Shown piece after piece: positions 1 through 13,870 of a stretch of DNA of 64,000 bases. The notes beneath the pieces were generated by a model, which saw only the letters and a program-made list of their open reading frames with translations, searched no databases and was not told where the DNA came from. Numbering within the stretch: the first letter of the stretch is position 1; each line of letters opens with the position of its first letter. The DNA is from Chrysemys picta bellii (taxonomy: Eukaryota). Location: assembly GCF_011386835.1 (NCBI RefSeq), contig NC_088795.1, forward strand, positions 72,974,001-73,038,000. The letters are read 5' to 3'. The translations under genes and the position numbers were made by a program.

Positions 1-554
1 CTAGGATTTCAACAATTCTTGGAGGATTATATTTTTATTAGCACTCAGAGTAGGGGGAAACTTTTCTAATGATGTTTTATTAGCCCAAGCAAATTCCCTG
101 AAAGCATCACATTTGTGTCCTTCAATAAATCCTATGACATCCTCCTAGGTTTCTCTGTTCCCATGACACTCTAGCAAGACTGTTTTGTTTTCAAAATACT
201 TTTTCTTTCATTCTGTTTCAAGCAAAACAAGTAAATGCTCTGATTCTTTCCAGCCTTCAGTTTTTCACATGCAGTCTCATACAAAGGCTGTAATCCCAGT
301 TTTTTAAATTTATTTATGCATTTCTCCACTCAGCGTTGCTAGGTCTATGTTATTTAGAGAGCCAAGTCCCATTTTCAGAAGTGACTTCGGCACAAAGGCA
401 TTCCTAAGTCACTTACACCTTGCAATGCTGAATACCATTAAAGGATTACACCTTGCAACACCTAAATACATTTAAAAATCTGGGCCTTGGGTCTTGTAAC
501 ACTGAGTGGAGCAACACCAGAATATCTTTAAAAATCTGGGCCATGCTCCACTAA

Positions 555-838
555 GGTCTGGTCTACACTGGGGGTGGAGGGGTGTCAATGTAAGATACGC
601 AACTTCAGCTATGGGAATACCGTAGCTGAAGTCGACATATCTTATTCCGACTTACCTCCCGTCCTCATGGCGTGGGATCGACAGCCGCGGCTCCCCCGTC
701 GACTTCGCTACTGCCACTCGCTTCGGTGAAGTTCTGGAGTTGACGGGGAGCGTTTTCGGGGATCAATATATCGCGTCTTAACGATCCCCGATAAATCGAT
801 CGCTACCCGCCGATATGGCGGGTAGTCTGGACGTACCC
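555..838. mobile_element. Non-autonomous PIF/Harbinger-type MITE
   Basis: TAA at 552-554 and 839-841 flanks imperfect TIRs (GGTCTGGTCTACACT ... AGTCTGGACGTACCC). The interior is CpG-rich against an AT-rich background. TWA TSDs are typical of Harbinger. Confidence 0.8.
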
Positions 839-2482
839 TAATTCTCTAGTGTTCTCAGCAACTGGAAACATATTCTCTATTTCACATCTTACCTATGTGG
901 TGGTACTTTCTTCAGAATCACATCAAACTAGGTTCTTCCCTTTGGTTTCAACATAGGCATGATAATTTTTTTTTGTGACACAATACGGAATAAATAGCCT
1001 GGGACTTTACAGCCTGTTTGTTTCCTCTACTTCTCGCTCAGTGGCTCTCTCCCAAGGCTTTTGGATTTTAGGTTCAGTGGAATGGATTCCCTCACCTACA
1101 GAGGCGATCCTGCAAACAGCAACTAAGAGTGTCAGTTCCCTTGGTAACTTGCATAATAAGTACATAACAATACTTCACTCAATAGAACAGTTCACAAGCA
1201 GTAGTATATTTTTCTTTTCTTGTTTATACATTTCTTTAGGAAAAGCATTCATCATACCGAAAGCTTGTTGGAGATTTGGCAGGAAATAGTCTCCCTTGTT
1301 ATATATGTTAGCCATAATATTACATAATAATAATGTCTAAAAGCCAACATGGTAAAATCTGTTTAGAAGAATAGGCTATGTAAGCATAAAGAGCAGAGGA
1401 CATGAATTAAGCAGATTCACAATAATATATTCAATAAGAAAATGAATAAAAAGCATTTGTTTTTAATGGTCATAGTCCAAATGATTCAGATGTGTATGCC
1501 AGCAATTTCTCCAATGATCTACCCTTTAATGTGCAAGTAAAAGAAATAAAAAAGACATGTTTAAAAGTGTTCTTTGGGGTTTTTTAAAGCAATTCCAGAA
1601 AGCGCAAACTGTCTCCTTAGGTCTTATAACTCCACCAAATTGACCATTACATTTGGAGTCTGTTGCCTGTTTTTCAGTTATCTGATCTTTGATGTTCCCT
1701 TAAATGCTGTATGTAGTTTATAAGGAAGCTTATACCTTCTCAAGGAAACTAAGAGCTAGTCTAATTTAGCCCTGGATTTTTTTCTCTCTCTCCCTGGGCT
1801 AATTTTTCTCCTTTTAATCCCATATTGATAATGTTTCTCCTTTCTCCCCTACAATCACATCCAGCCTCTTGGAAGACAAGGTATCTCATGTGAAAGCATA
1901 ATAGTTCTCTGTGATCTGGTGTATGATTATGGGAAAGACCACCTGATCCCAACAAGATTCTTTTCAGTCAGGCTATGAAATGATTCCTGAAATTGCAGCC
2001 AAACAGAGATCTCCTGTGTGCCAGGATATAGTACTTTCACAAAGCAATTGAGCAATCCCTGAAGACCGAGAGCCATCAAGACTCAGACAACAGCTCTGAA
2101 ATGTATTTAGTTCCCTAATGTGCCTTTTCTGGGCTTAGATAAATAACCACTGATGCCTAACGGCCAGGTTGTATCTTAATCAAGTTATCTGACTTTAATG
2201 AATCACAGCAATCTGTTGTGCAAGCTTTTCCAATACAAGCAGTGTAAAACCGATATGGACATTGGTTACTGTCTTACAAATGTTCCAGCCTATCAACATG
2301 GCAGCTAATGCAGACACCATAATAATTCCCCCCCTTCATGAAATACCTTTGAAAACAGATGAGTCTCAAAGTATCTCCTGAAGGTCACCAAATTCAGGTT
2401 CTGGTAAAGCAATACAGGAAAATTTCCAAAATCAAACACTCACCAACATCTTACAACTTAAACCAGGAGCACATCAGACAAT

Positions 2483-3637
2483 TGTGACAGATTTGGTCAC
2501 AGAGATCCCCTTGGAACTGTCACCTGATGTGCTGAAATTACCTCTGAGCCCGTTTTCCCTGATGGCTTGGGACTCCAGAACCCTGCCTTGTTGAGCCAGA
2601 CACGCTAGTGTGCTGCAACACAGACTGAGGTCTGAACCACTCCCCCAAAGCTGCAGGCTTTAACCAAAAACTGCTCAGCAGGTCACTTGTCTCCAATACC
2701 CAGACACCCAGCTCCCAGTGGGATCCAAACCCCAAATAAATTCATTTTACTCTGTATAAAAGCTTATATAGTGTAAATTCATAAATTGTCTGCCCTCTAT
2801 AACACTGATAGAGAGATATGCACAGCCGTTTGTTCCCCTAGGTATTAATCACTTACTGTGGGTTAATTAATAAACAAAAGTGATTTAATAAGTATCAAAA
2901 GTAGTATTTAAGTGGTTTCAAGTAATAACAGACAGAACAAAGTAAGTTACCAACCAAAATAAAACAAAACACATAAGTCTAAGCCTAATACATTTAAGAA
3001 ACTGAATACAGGTAAATCTCACATTCAGAGATATTCCAATAAGTTTCTTTCACAGACTTGGCTCCTTCCTACTCTGGGCCCAATCCTTTCCCCTGGTACA
3101 GTTCTTGTTAGTTCCAGCTCAGGTGGTAACTAGGGGATTTCTCATGACTGCAGCCCCCTTTGTTCTGTTCCATCCCCTTTTATATCTTTGTCACAAGGCG
3201 GGAATCCTTTGTCTCTCTCTGGGTTCCCACCCTTCCTTCTAAATGGAAAAGCACCAGGTTTATTATGGATTCCAGTATCATCTGACATGTTCACATGTCC
3301 CGTGAGACTTCATTACTCACTGGCTGGCACCCAGGTATACAGGAAGGCTTACAAGTAAATAGTGCCATTTACAACCAATTGTCCTAGTTAATGGGAGCCA
3401 TCAAGATTCCAAGCCACCATTAATGGCCCACACTTTGCATAGTTACAATAGGACTTCAGATTTCTAGCTTCAGATACAAGAATGATACATTCATACAAAT
3501 AGGATGAACACACTGAGTAGATTATAAACTTTGTAATGATACCTTACAAGAGACCTTTTGCATGAAGCATATTCCAGTTACATTACATTCACACTTATAA
3601 ACATATTTCCATAAAACATATGGAGTGCAACGTCACA
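2483..3637. mobile_element. Solo LTR (about 1.15 kb) of an LTR retrotransposon/ERV
   Basis: Begins TGTGAC and ends GTCACA (perfect 6-bp terminal IR, TG...CA). Identical 5-bp TSD ACAAT at 2478-2482 and 3638-3642. No coding interior. Confidence 0.85.
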
Positions 3638-6600
3638 ACAATCACAACTATTCTGATATCAGATAAAGGCAGAGAAAGTATGTCAAATAGACATAACCCC
3701 AACCATTGGGGATTTGGAGATCAAAACTAGCATATTAACCTTCACTTGGAAACTGAACAGTAGCCAGATACAAATAATTAAGTATAGGAGTAAGGTGCTT
3801 CCTGCATGAAAGGCCTCTTCATTGTGCATTAGCTTCAGTTTCTAGATGATTTGAAGATGTTGTTCCATGTAGAATGTATTACATTAATCCAACCTAGAGG
3901 TGGGTAATGTGGAAGCAGAGAAAGAACTGTCATGCATTGCATCCCCTTCCTGTCAGTTCTTTCTCTGCTTCCACAGTAAGGCACATATAATTTCTTGTCA
4001 AACCCAGATAAGAACTATTTTTGACAATTACTTATGCTGGTGTTTCCAGAAGCAACTGGGGAAACAAACTACAGAGACATCCCACTAGTCAAAGACATTG
4101 ATCTAATTCCCTCAACTTCTTTTCTTCCATCCTGTCACCATGATCTCATGCTTTTCTAGCATTGTACTCAGCCAACTCACTCTCACCCTGCCCCAGTTTC
4201 TGTTAGATGCTGGGTGAGTCAGTCTACTACAATGGCGGTATCAGAAGAGAAATAGTGTGTGTCATCATACTGAAGCTAGGACAGGAGAGGTAATGGTCAA
4301 GCAAAGGTACAATTTCAATCTGTCTTTCCTCTACTACAGTCACCAAGCCATAGGGTCAGTTACTGCAGAGTGCAGCAGTGGAGCACTATGGGAAGGGCAG
4401 CAGGCTGCTGGCTGTTCTAGCATTCAACAACTGGCAACAGTCCTCCAAAGACTATCTGTCAGCTGAATCTAGCTAGAGAGCAGTGTGCTACAGCCGTACT
4501 GTGCCTCCCCGCCCCCCACCAAGTGGCCAGGATAGTGTAGGAGCTGGTTATGCTGCAGTGGAATCCCCAGATGGGGGTTGCAACCACACTTATTTCCTGA
4601 ATGTTACTAAGGGAATGGAATGGGCCTCCAAGATCCAGAGTGCTCCATGCATGAGTTGAGTCAAAACACACGTGGGCCAGTGCCTTGGTTGTCATGGAGT
4701 CCACAAAATCCTGAGATGATTCACAGTGGCTAGTATCCAAAAATTGAAATAATCCAGAACAATTAATCTAGGCAATTTAGACACCACTAGAGAGAGGCAT
4801 ACCAGGAAAGGCACTGATGCAGACCAATTTCAGTCTCTGCGTTTAATCTTATCGCCTTTCTGGTTTAAAGTTATTTATTGCTTTGAGTCTGTTCATATAT
4901 CTTGTTCCTAATTACAGCCAGCTATTAAGATTAATGCTTACCTTGGGCAGGCAGTGTTTGCCAAGTTTACCTTTTGTTTTGCCTACCTGATGGATGTGCA
5001 GAAAGAAGAAGGGCTACAGGATTCCCCCTCGGAAACTGGGAAGATTGATCAGCTGTAGGGATAACAACAGCACCATTTTGAATTTGCTACTGGATAAAAA
5101 CACATCAAAATTGTACAGGCCACCAAAACATTATTGTTTTCTGTGGGGATTTTGTTTTTCACTACCCTGATTCATGTTTGTTTCATTAAGCTGAGGGAGA
5201 AAAAAAAATCTGCTGTCGTCGTTTCCTGACTGTTCTGACTGAAAAAAGCACTTTTTAAAAACATTGGTGTCTTTAGTTTATTGAGTTGAACAGATTGATT
5301 AATCTATTTCTAAAATTATGAAGGTGAGATTTGCAATACAATTATAAAAATGTGATACATAAGTGAAGATTAGATGCTTATTCAGAAAGGTTTTATGAAA
5401 CTCAGATGGAAGCATCTGAACTGAAACCAAATCAGAATGAGAAATGGGGCGGCTGGAAGGAAGTTTTCCATTAGGGCCCTGGGCCTTGAACTCACTCCCC
5501 GCTCAGGCCTGTAACAACCCTCCAGAGCATACTACAAAGCCTACCTCTTCTCCCTTGCCTATGAGGAGATGGGTGGTAGGGAGGGGAACTGTAGGAATTG
5601 TGTGTGGTGGCCAGGTGGTATCTATTGTATTTAGGTTGCTTGATTTGGTCTGAGGTAATTGACAGATCTGTTTGTTAGTGTATTTGTCAAGCATTGTCAG
5701 GGATGCCCAGAGCATTGAATGGACTATTCTTTTATTGTAATTCAATAAATTATATTTATCTGATTTTTTTCACATTGTCACCTCAAAATATATGAAGGCA
5801 TTGGGTTACATTCACTCCTGTACTAAGATCCACTTGGCACAAGAAAGGGAGATGACCATGAGGTTCCTTGAAAAAGTCAAATGACTATGGCTCTAGCTCC
5901 ACATAGGTTGGAACAGCCTATGAATTTAGGCCTACACTTCCAGCCCTGAAAACTCAACCTGAGGTCTGAAAATCAAGTTGTGTTTCTGGCTCTTACTCTA
6001 TTCCCAGTAATAAGAATTTTGTCATTAGAACTTGGTTAAGTTTGGGGATGTGTGAACCAGAATAGAATTCAGCTACTCTTCCATCACTGTATTGCTCCAA
6101 AAGTAAAATGAGGCTAGAAGTTTTTGTGTGGGTTTGTTTTTTCATTTGTTTTGGGGGTTCTGTGTTTTTTCTTTCTTTCTTGCCAGTGAAGTAAACAGCA
6201 TTGGTATGGGGGGAAAAATGCAGCGTCTCGGTGGAACCAAAAAGTGCCAATTTACATAATCACTCTTCTGAGGTCACTTCAAGTTGATATTTGCTTTGGA
6301 GATTTTAATTTTCTCTATAGAAATGATATACTAGTTTCTTGACAATTATAGTAATTAAAATTAAGCATTCCACTTAGACAGTATTACAGTAAAAATAAAA
6401 GTCCAGTATAATAGTATAAATAATTCCTATCATATAAATTGATTACTTAAACACTTGCTTTTTTTTCCTTGAGTAGCTCTTATGAAAATTATATTTTTGA
6501 ACTGTAGTGAAGAATGCTGTAGTAATATGACTGGAAGGAAACTAGAAGATCCTCAGCTGGGATACTTTGTCATAACTTGAATGGCATCATGACAATGGAG

Positions 6601-7779
6601 CTATCTATGGCAGTTCACACCACCTGAGGATAGATGTGTATCTCCTGAGGTAATCTAAGAAAGCAACCATGTAAAAAAAAAAACTGTATTAAATGGTACA
6701 ACTTTATATAACCTTGCTTTGTATATCATCTTTCATAGGAACTTGATCCCAAAATGCTCTAGAGAACTGAATAATACAAGAAACTATTCTTTGAACAAGC
6801 AGTTCTTAAAATAAACAAATAACTATAAAACCCAAAACTCCTGCTACACTTTTCCTATTGACTTCCTCCCCCCCCTTCCCCCCAGCTGGACATGACAGAC
6901 ATAGTAATAAATGTATGATCCGTACATGTCAGAATTGGCTTTGGTTCTCCCATTTGCCAACAAGTAATGAACTAGATCAATTGACAGTTTGTGGGTTTCT
7001 GACTGAAGGCAATTTGTTTAATTTGAGCAAGTCACCAGAGTATAAATTTCATTAGCAGAGACAGAGATGGCATGCAAGTGGTATTTAGCAAGAGGAGTTA
7101 CTTTTTATTTTGTCATTCCCCTTTCATCTTTTGGCAGAAACAGATGGAATTTGATTATTTTGCAATTACTCTGAGCCAAGAATAGTTCTTAAATCAGTGC
7201 CAAGGATAGTGGGAAGGTAAAACAACAAAACACCCTAAACAGACAGTGAAACATAGAAATATGACTTAATTTGCAAAAGACCCACAACTAATATGTTTTA
7301 TTGTTTAACCATAATGATCATCACAGAAAATGATAGTTTATATGCCTTGTATGCTGAATGACAAAAGAGAAATTAAGAGGCAAGGGAAAATGTGTGTTTT
7401 GTTTTTGTTTTTTGCTGAGATTTTTGGAACAGGTCCTCGACTATTGTAAATGGTCAGAGGTCTGACAATTTATACCAGCTGAGGATCTGCTGCATAGAGT
7501 ATGATGGATTTCTGATGAGGAAAAGAGCTATTGAAGTCTGTTTGATTTGTAAAGAATCGGAGTGAAAGATCTTGCACCAACCGTGATGAGACTGTTGTGT
7601 AAAGGAAGAGAGAAGAAACTGATAGTAGGTGATCAGGACAGAGTAACATAGTCCATGGTAGCTTTAAAATCACAAGGATAATGAGGGATGAAGTCCAAGT
7701 TTAAAACACACATACACCCACACCATGTTGTAGCCTTCTGAACTAGATACTTATATGTTGTTTAGGCAGCTGAAGAGTT

Positions 7780-8050
7780 CATGTATGTATGGGGTAATGT
7801 GTGTTTGCTTATTCAAATGGGAGAGAATACTGGAGGCAAGAGAGCTGGAATGTAGAGAGAGCAGAAAGGCTACAGTGTTTCAGGTGAAGGATTTCTGCAG
7901 AGGTGGAGTCGGGGTGATTCATGGATCATGTTGTGAAGGGGACACTAGGCAAGTTTCAGTTATAGGAGAAAGAGAATCTGTGATGCCAAGTTTACAGACA
8001 CTGGAGCAAATGATGGCAGTTAAGTTGAGGACAGAGATACCAGATATATT
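7780..8050 (-). mobile_element. Probable ancient L2-like LINE remnant
   Basis: Purine-rich segment (GAGAGAATACTGGAGGCAAGAGAG...CAGGTGAAGGAT) resembles the reverse strand of L2 ORF2. Heavily decayed, recognised by eye only. Confidence 0.3.
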
Positions 8051-10819
8051 GTTATGAATTTTACCATAACATGAAGTTGATTTTTCAATTACTTAAAATG
8101 CTACAAGCTTGAGCACAGTGCACTTTGATTCAAATGTCTCTCTTTGATAGAAACACATTTTTCAATAGAGTGCAATGGAGTGTCTTTGCTAGCCTCTAAA
8201 ATAAGGCAAAAGTCTTCCCTCAAATGCACAACTTCTGATGACTTCAAGGGAAAGGACACACATGTATCTGAAGACCGAATTTGTTCCATGAGATTTTGAG
8301 GGGCTGCAGATCAAAATTCAGACCTAAACAGAGATTGCTGGCTATCAAATCAAGTTTCAGCACTTCCAGGAATTTCTTTTTGTATATAGATAATTTTAAG
8401 AACAGTCTACAATTAAATGTTGACCATGGAGCAATAACAACATATATACATCCTATGTCTTTTTCTCCCTTCTAACCAGTACAGTACTGCTGTGCGATAC
8501 CAGTCTTGCACTTCTTTATATTGAAGATGGCGTATACATATTGAGTTAGAGAATCTTAGACCTTTGGAACTCAACATGCAGTGGTGAAAAATCAGTAGTG
8601 ACTTTTATCTATACATCTGCTACAGCTAACACTTACCATCAATGTTTGCTATCACACCTTTAATAGGTGACTACATATCTTTTCTAATAATAAATTTAGT
8701 TTGCAACTTATTAGCTTCTTATGTTACCTTCCGGAAGAATAAATGTGTTCTGTGCAATTTTAGAATGTATGTTTTGTGTACTGTGGCTAAGATAATTGGG
8801 AATGCTGTTTTAGCTAAGATATTTGTAAGGCTAAATTCAAGTAAAATAATTGGAAAGAAAGCTGGGAAAGATCAAAAAGAACTATAATATTGGAGTTGGG
8901 GGTTCTGAGGGGGGCAATCAGGGTCACATGGTCTATCTCTTAGGTTTATACAAGATGCAAAGTAGACTAATTAAATGGGATCATACTCAAATATAAGTCC
9001 CTTTAACTTTCAACGGGAATAAATTTTCATAGTTTCCTTTTCCTTGTTGATATTTATGCAAGTTCTAAGATTTTCACATCATAGGTCATATGTCCTTCAT
9101 AGTTAGCTAAGATTGACTCAGATACTGCTGTTGTATCTGGAATTATATTCTGCATTTGAAGGAAGTGATCTGTTCTACTTGTTTGTTACTTTATCTGTAA
9201 TGAGAGTTCACTTTCATAATATGTATTTTAAATCACAATTACAGTGCTGACATGTGAGATTTATTATTTGTTGAATGCTGACCAATGGCATTGTTGTTCC
9301 AAACATAGGGGAAAACTTGGCCATGTCCTAAAGAGCTTACATTCTAAGTGTATTTTCGGTCTTAGAAAAAAAGAAACATTCATACTGGAAATATATATAT
9401 AACCTGCAGTGTGTAGTTGTGTGTGTCCAGGTTGCAAAGGTTGGTATTCTCCCATAGATGCAAAGATACATAATGGATAAGAGTTAGGGTGGCACACAGC
9501 TGTGTGGGGATAGGGCAGGGTAAGGTGGGTGGATTCTTTCCTATGGCTATTGTAGCCTTGAAAAACTGTGGCAAAACAACTGTTTCAGTGAGAAATAAGT
9601 TACTGCCAGTCCCTGAAAGTATTAGTTGTGCTCACTACTCTGTCACTCTGTCTTCCTCCATGAGCTTGTAACGCAACTTCTGTGGGTAAGCTGTAATGCT
9701 ACCACCCTTTCTTCCACTTTTGTTGAGTTTCTATAAGCATCATTTGATTGAAAAATATTGTAGTAGATATTTGATGCAAGATATGCTGCTGTTCAGGCTT
9801 CATATATGCTCATTTTAAATTGCCAGTGTTCCCGTGCTAACTTCTCCCATTCTACCATCAAGGAACTCCCTAGTGGCCAGAGACATGGAGGGGGGAAAGG
9901 CTGCAACTCCAGCTTCAAAGAGTCTTTCATACCCCATGTGAAAGCCTGGGCTATCTCACTAAATAGACTGGGAAGGTATATTGAAAAAGTTAAAAGTAGA
10001 GAGGACTATCCAGATATGATACCATAGAAGATATTCACTTAAAGAGGTCCTGTTCGAATGTAGCTCATATAAACATAAAATCTACAACTCAGGACACCCT
10101 TCTGGAACCAGATTTGTCTGACTTCATTTTTGCCACAGCAAGGCATGGGATTTAATAAAATAGCCTCCTATAGCTGTTTGCCCATACTATTCTTTATATT
10201 AGAATCAATATACCCTCTCCTCCAGTGTTAACAAAACCTTTCTTGCTGTGAAAATTACATCATTAAATCCACAAATGCACTTGAAAACAGGTAACTTATT
10301 ATACACTTTAAATTAAAAACATAACAAAAATAAAAACCCACAATCTCTTAAAATCAGATCTTTGAATCCAGCCAATTACAAACAATGGACAAAATTAAAT
10401 CACCCTTAATTACTCAAATACATTTTCCAGAATTCCTTTAACCTGTAGCCTGGGATCACTTCAAACCTCAAACACTGTGTGTGCCCTGTGGCTACTTGCA
10501 GGTTTCTGTTCTTGGGAGCTGGATCTGATCCTGATTCTTCCTCTTTCTTGTCCGTAGGGCTGGGGGAGATCCTGGGGGCATGGTGCACAAGAGAGGTGAA
10601 TTTGTTGCATGTCTGAGTTAATGACAACTCAAGATTGTCAAATCACAGGCTCAACTGGAATTATTTAATCAGATTATCGATCAGAGATTAGTACAGCACT
10701 ATACAGAAAGAATAGAAATGTTACCGCACTTTGTTGTCAGATCAAGGCTGGTTCTGTCGCTCCTTCACTGTATCTGGAAGGATGCACAGTTTCATTTGCC
10801 AATTAAGTTCCCATAGTAG

Positions 10820-12030
10820 TAGAGTTACCATATTTCCACAAGCAAAAAAGAGGACATGGGGGGGGGGAGAAGCCCCGCTCTAGCTCCGCCCCTGCCCCGC
10901 CCCCATCCACTCCCTCCCACTTCCCACTCCCTGATTGCCCCCCTCAGAACCCCCAACTCCCCCCCCCCGCTCCTTGTCCCCTGACTGCCCCCTCCTGGGA
11001 CCCCTGCCACTAACTGCCCCTTAGGATCCCACCCTCTATCTAAGCCGCCCTGCTTCTTGTCCCCTGACTGCCCCCTCCTGAGAACCCCCTACGACCCTAC
11101 CTGTCCCCTGACTGCCCCGACCCTTATCCACACCCCCACCCCATATTCACACCCCCACCCCCAGACAGACCCCCGGGGACTTCCATGCCCTATCCAACTG
11201 TTCCCTGCCCCTTGACAGGACCCCCAGAACTCCTGACCCATCTAACCCCCCTTCTACCTTCCTGCCTCAACCCCTCTCCACACCCCTGCCCCCCTGACAG
11301 CCCCCCTGACAGCTCCCCCCCCAAACTCCCGACCCATCCAACCCCCCCTCCCTGTACCCTGACCAGGACCGGCTTTAAAGAGCCCAGGAATCGGGCTGCA
11401 CTCCGGCCGGGGTTGCGGGGCTTGGGGCTGGGCCGGCGTGCTCGGCCGGAACCAGGGCCGGCGCTGCTGGGGCCCGAGCCGCCGGAGCCGGGGCCGGTGC
11501 TGCTGGGGCCCGAGCCGGGCCGGGGCTGCTCGGCCGAAACCTGGGTCGCCGCCCTGGGGCTTGAACTGGGGCCTGAGTCGCTGGGGCCGCTGGGCGCCTC
11601 TCAGCCCAGGCCGAAGGGAGCCGCTCTGCCAGGGCCATGCCGCCCCAGAGCTCTCCTCCTCACGTCCCCCGCCCCAGCTTACCTGCTGCTGCCTCCCACT
11701 TGCCCCTGCTTCTTTTCAGACTTCCCGCAAAGATCTGATTTGCAGGAAGCAGGGTAGGGGGAGGAGCAGGTGGGTGGAGCGTTCAGGGGAGTGGAGGAGG
11801 GGGAACACAGCTGCGGGGCCAGACGGCCTGGTAAGGCTGCAGGGGATAGGGGGAGCCGGGAAGGGGCTTTGGCTGCCCAGCGGCGCTAGGCTGTCGCTTT
11901 TCTGTCTATAAATAGCTGACCCGGGGGAAATCCCTGACATTTTTAGATTTTTAAAAATCCCTCCCGGACGGCTATTTATAGACCGAAAAGCTGGACATGT
12001 CCAGGGAAATCCGGACATATGGTAGCCCTA
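10820..12030. mobile_element. Non-autonomous hAT DNA transposon (Blackjack/MER81-like termini), copy A
   Basis: TIRs TAGAGTTACCATA ... TATGGTAGCCCTA. 8-bp TSD CATAGTAG (10812-10819) / CATAATAG (12031-12038), 7/8 match. GC-rich interior closely similar to 59011-60144. Confidence 0.85.
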
Positions 12031-12053
12031 CATAATAGGGTCATTATATAGAT

Positions 12054-12309
12054 TAGTGGCGGATTAGTCACTGGGCCCATGCCCAAGGGCCGAGGCCAAT
12101 TGCGGGGGCCCTGAAAAATGGGCACGCCCTGACCCGCTCTGCACGCCTCCCCAGCACTTCTGCTGGGGAGCAGAGTCAAGCCCCCATGCCCTGACCCCAT
12201 TTTCCCAGCAGGAGCTGGGGGGAGTAGGGGGGTGACTGCAGGTGAAAGGGTTAGGGAGGGCCCACATTTGCTCTGGCCCAGGGCCCCACAAAAGAATAAT
12301 CTGCCTCTG
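12054..12309. mobile_element. hAT-type MITE (Tip100-like termini)
   Basis: TIRs TAGTGGCGGATTA ... TAATCTGCCTCTG. Flanks ATATAGAT / ATGTAGAG match 6/8, consistent with a decayed 8-bp TSD. Confidence 0.65.
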
Positions 12310-12556
12310 ATGTAGAGTTTCAGACAAAGAAAACCTTTTTGCCAAAGAAACATATGTTTTGATGTCATTTCTGTACATTCTCAATTTACCTGATTTATGT
12401 ATGAAGGCATGATTATTTACAGCTACGAGGACTAACAATTCAGCAAAATAATCTCTCTGTGGGTCCTTCTTACCCCCCATAATCATTCTTCCCTCTTAAT
12501 TGCCCAACAGAAAACTGTGCTATAACAATCATACCTTATTTAGCTTATATAATGCT

Positions 12557-12578
12557 TATATATATATATATATATATA
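12557..12578. repeat. (TA)11 microsatellite
   Basis: Read directly from the sequence. Confidence 0.95.
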
Positions 12579-13594
12579 GGGGGGATAGTTTCCAAGAATA
12601 TATAGAGTATTATAATCATGAGTGCACCACATATTAAATACATCCTAATGCATAAAATTCCTGAAGTGTTACTTATCTGTCAAGGTCCAGTATTCTGGGC
12701 CTTAAAACTCAGACATACTTTGTTAATATCATTAAGATTCTAAAAAATCGTTGATATATAAATGAATCAAATATACAGGAAAATAAAGGACTAAAAGGGT
12801 TAATATTTACTAACAGAGAAGTATACCTACAGGGGATCCACTTGTTTGGGAGAACAAGGGAACTCTGGCTGGGTTGGGGTCCCTGCTGCCCCCAGCTTCT
12901 TAATTACTGGACTTGTCAAACTCCCCCACTTTTTTTGATCCCCAAATCAACCCATCCCTTGCTTCTGAATTGGACAGGTCACCTTGAACAAAAAAGATTT
13001 TCTGTCCATCAAGAGAGAGAGCACGAAAAACTCAAAACATGTACTGACCAGTATTTTGTTGCTCATGCCGAGCCTTAATCCCCAAAGAAATAAATCCAAA
13101 TTAACAAACTAAAAGCTCACATGCTTCATACTCTTTATTTACTCCATGATATTTCTTAAAATACTTCTAGCAAAGACTTTATTTGACTATTTAACTAACT
13201 TTGCCAATTGCATAAGCATAACTTTTGAACTCCACAAGACAAGAGCAGATAAGATTTATAAGATTTATTTATGAAATCATTATAAGATTAAAAATGTAAT
13301 AAGTGCATGCCTTCTCTATTTTTATAGTTTCTAGCTACATTAAAAAATAACAGAGGAGCTCTCATCTTGCAGAATTTGGGGAGTTCCATAAGAATTTTCA
13401 CTCTTGCAGAGTTTCTTGGCTCCACATGTATAGTGTTTCATCTGGAACTTGAGTCCTGAGGAATTTCAGAAGAAGGAACAGAAATTTTGGCTTGTAGAAA
13501 AATTACAGTTTTACAGAACCCTAGTGTGTTCTTATTTTTAGATATTATTTTGCAGTAGCAGTGGTAGTTATAGTCTGAAAATTGATTCCAGCAT

Positions 13595-13870
13595 ATGTGG
13601 TACTGCCAATCCCAAATGTTCAAAAATCACGAATCAGGGCTCCCTAAAATCAAGGCTTAAAAAAAAAATCAGGATCATTTTTAAAAATAAAATTTGGGGC
13701 TTTTGTTTTGTCTTCTGGGTTCTCAGCCTTTAGGGAGCATTTGGGTCACAGTTTCAAGCTTTTCTCTGCAACTGTGAGAGCTAGAGACATACCTTTTTAA
13801 AAAAATATGCTGAAATTTTCACAAAAATCACAGGACTCAAGGACTCAAATTATGAGACTTCTGACAGACA
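13595..13870. mobile_element. Old non-autonomous DNA-transposon remnant
   Basis: Similar to 22310-22480 (TGCCAATCCCAAA...CAAAA...CAGCCTTTAGGG...TCAAGC). No clear TIR or TSD. Confidence 0.3.

Noticed and set aside
4930-5060. Short open frames with protein-like composition (YLMDVQKEEGLQDSPSETGKIDQL), and similar ones near 1240 and 8480
   Set aside because: They lack convincing paired splice sites or recognisable homology, and frames of this length are expected by chance.
11185-11911. Long Pro/Gly/Ala-rich ORFs (190 aa, 157 aa), and similar ORFs at 14627-15573, 35381-35976 and 59283-60062
   Set aside because: They lie inside GC-rich non-autonomous transposons, are open in several frames on both strands because of low stop-codon density, and have no domain motifs.
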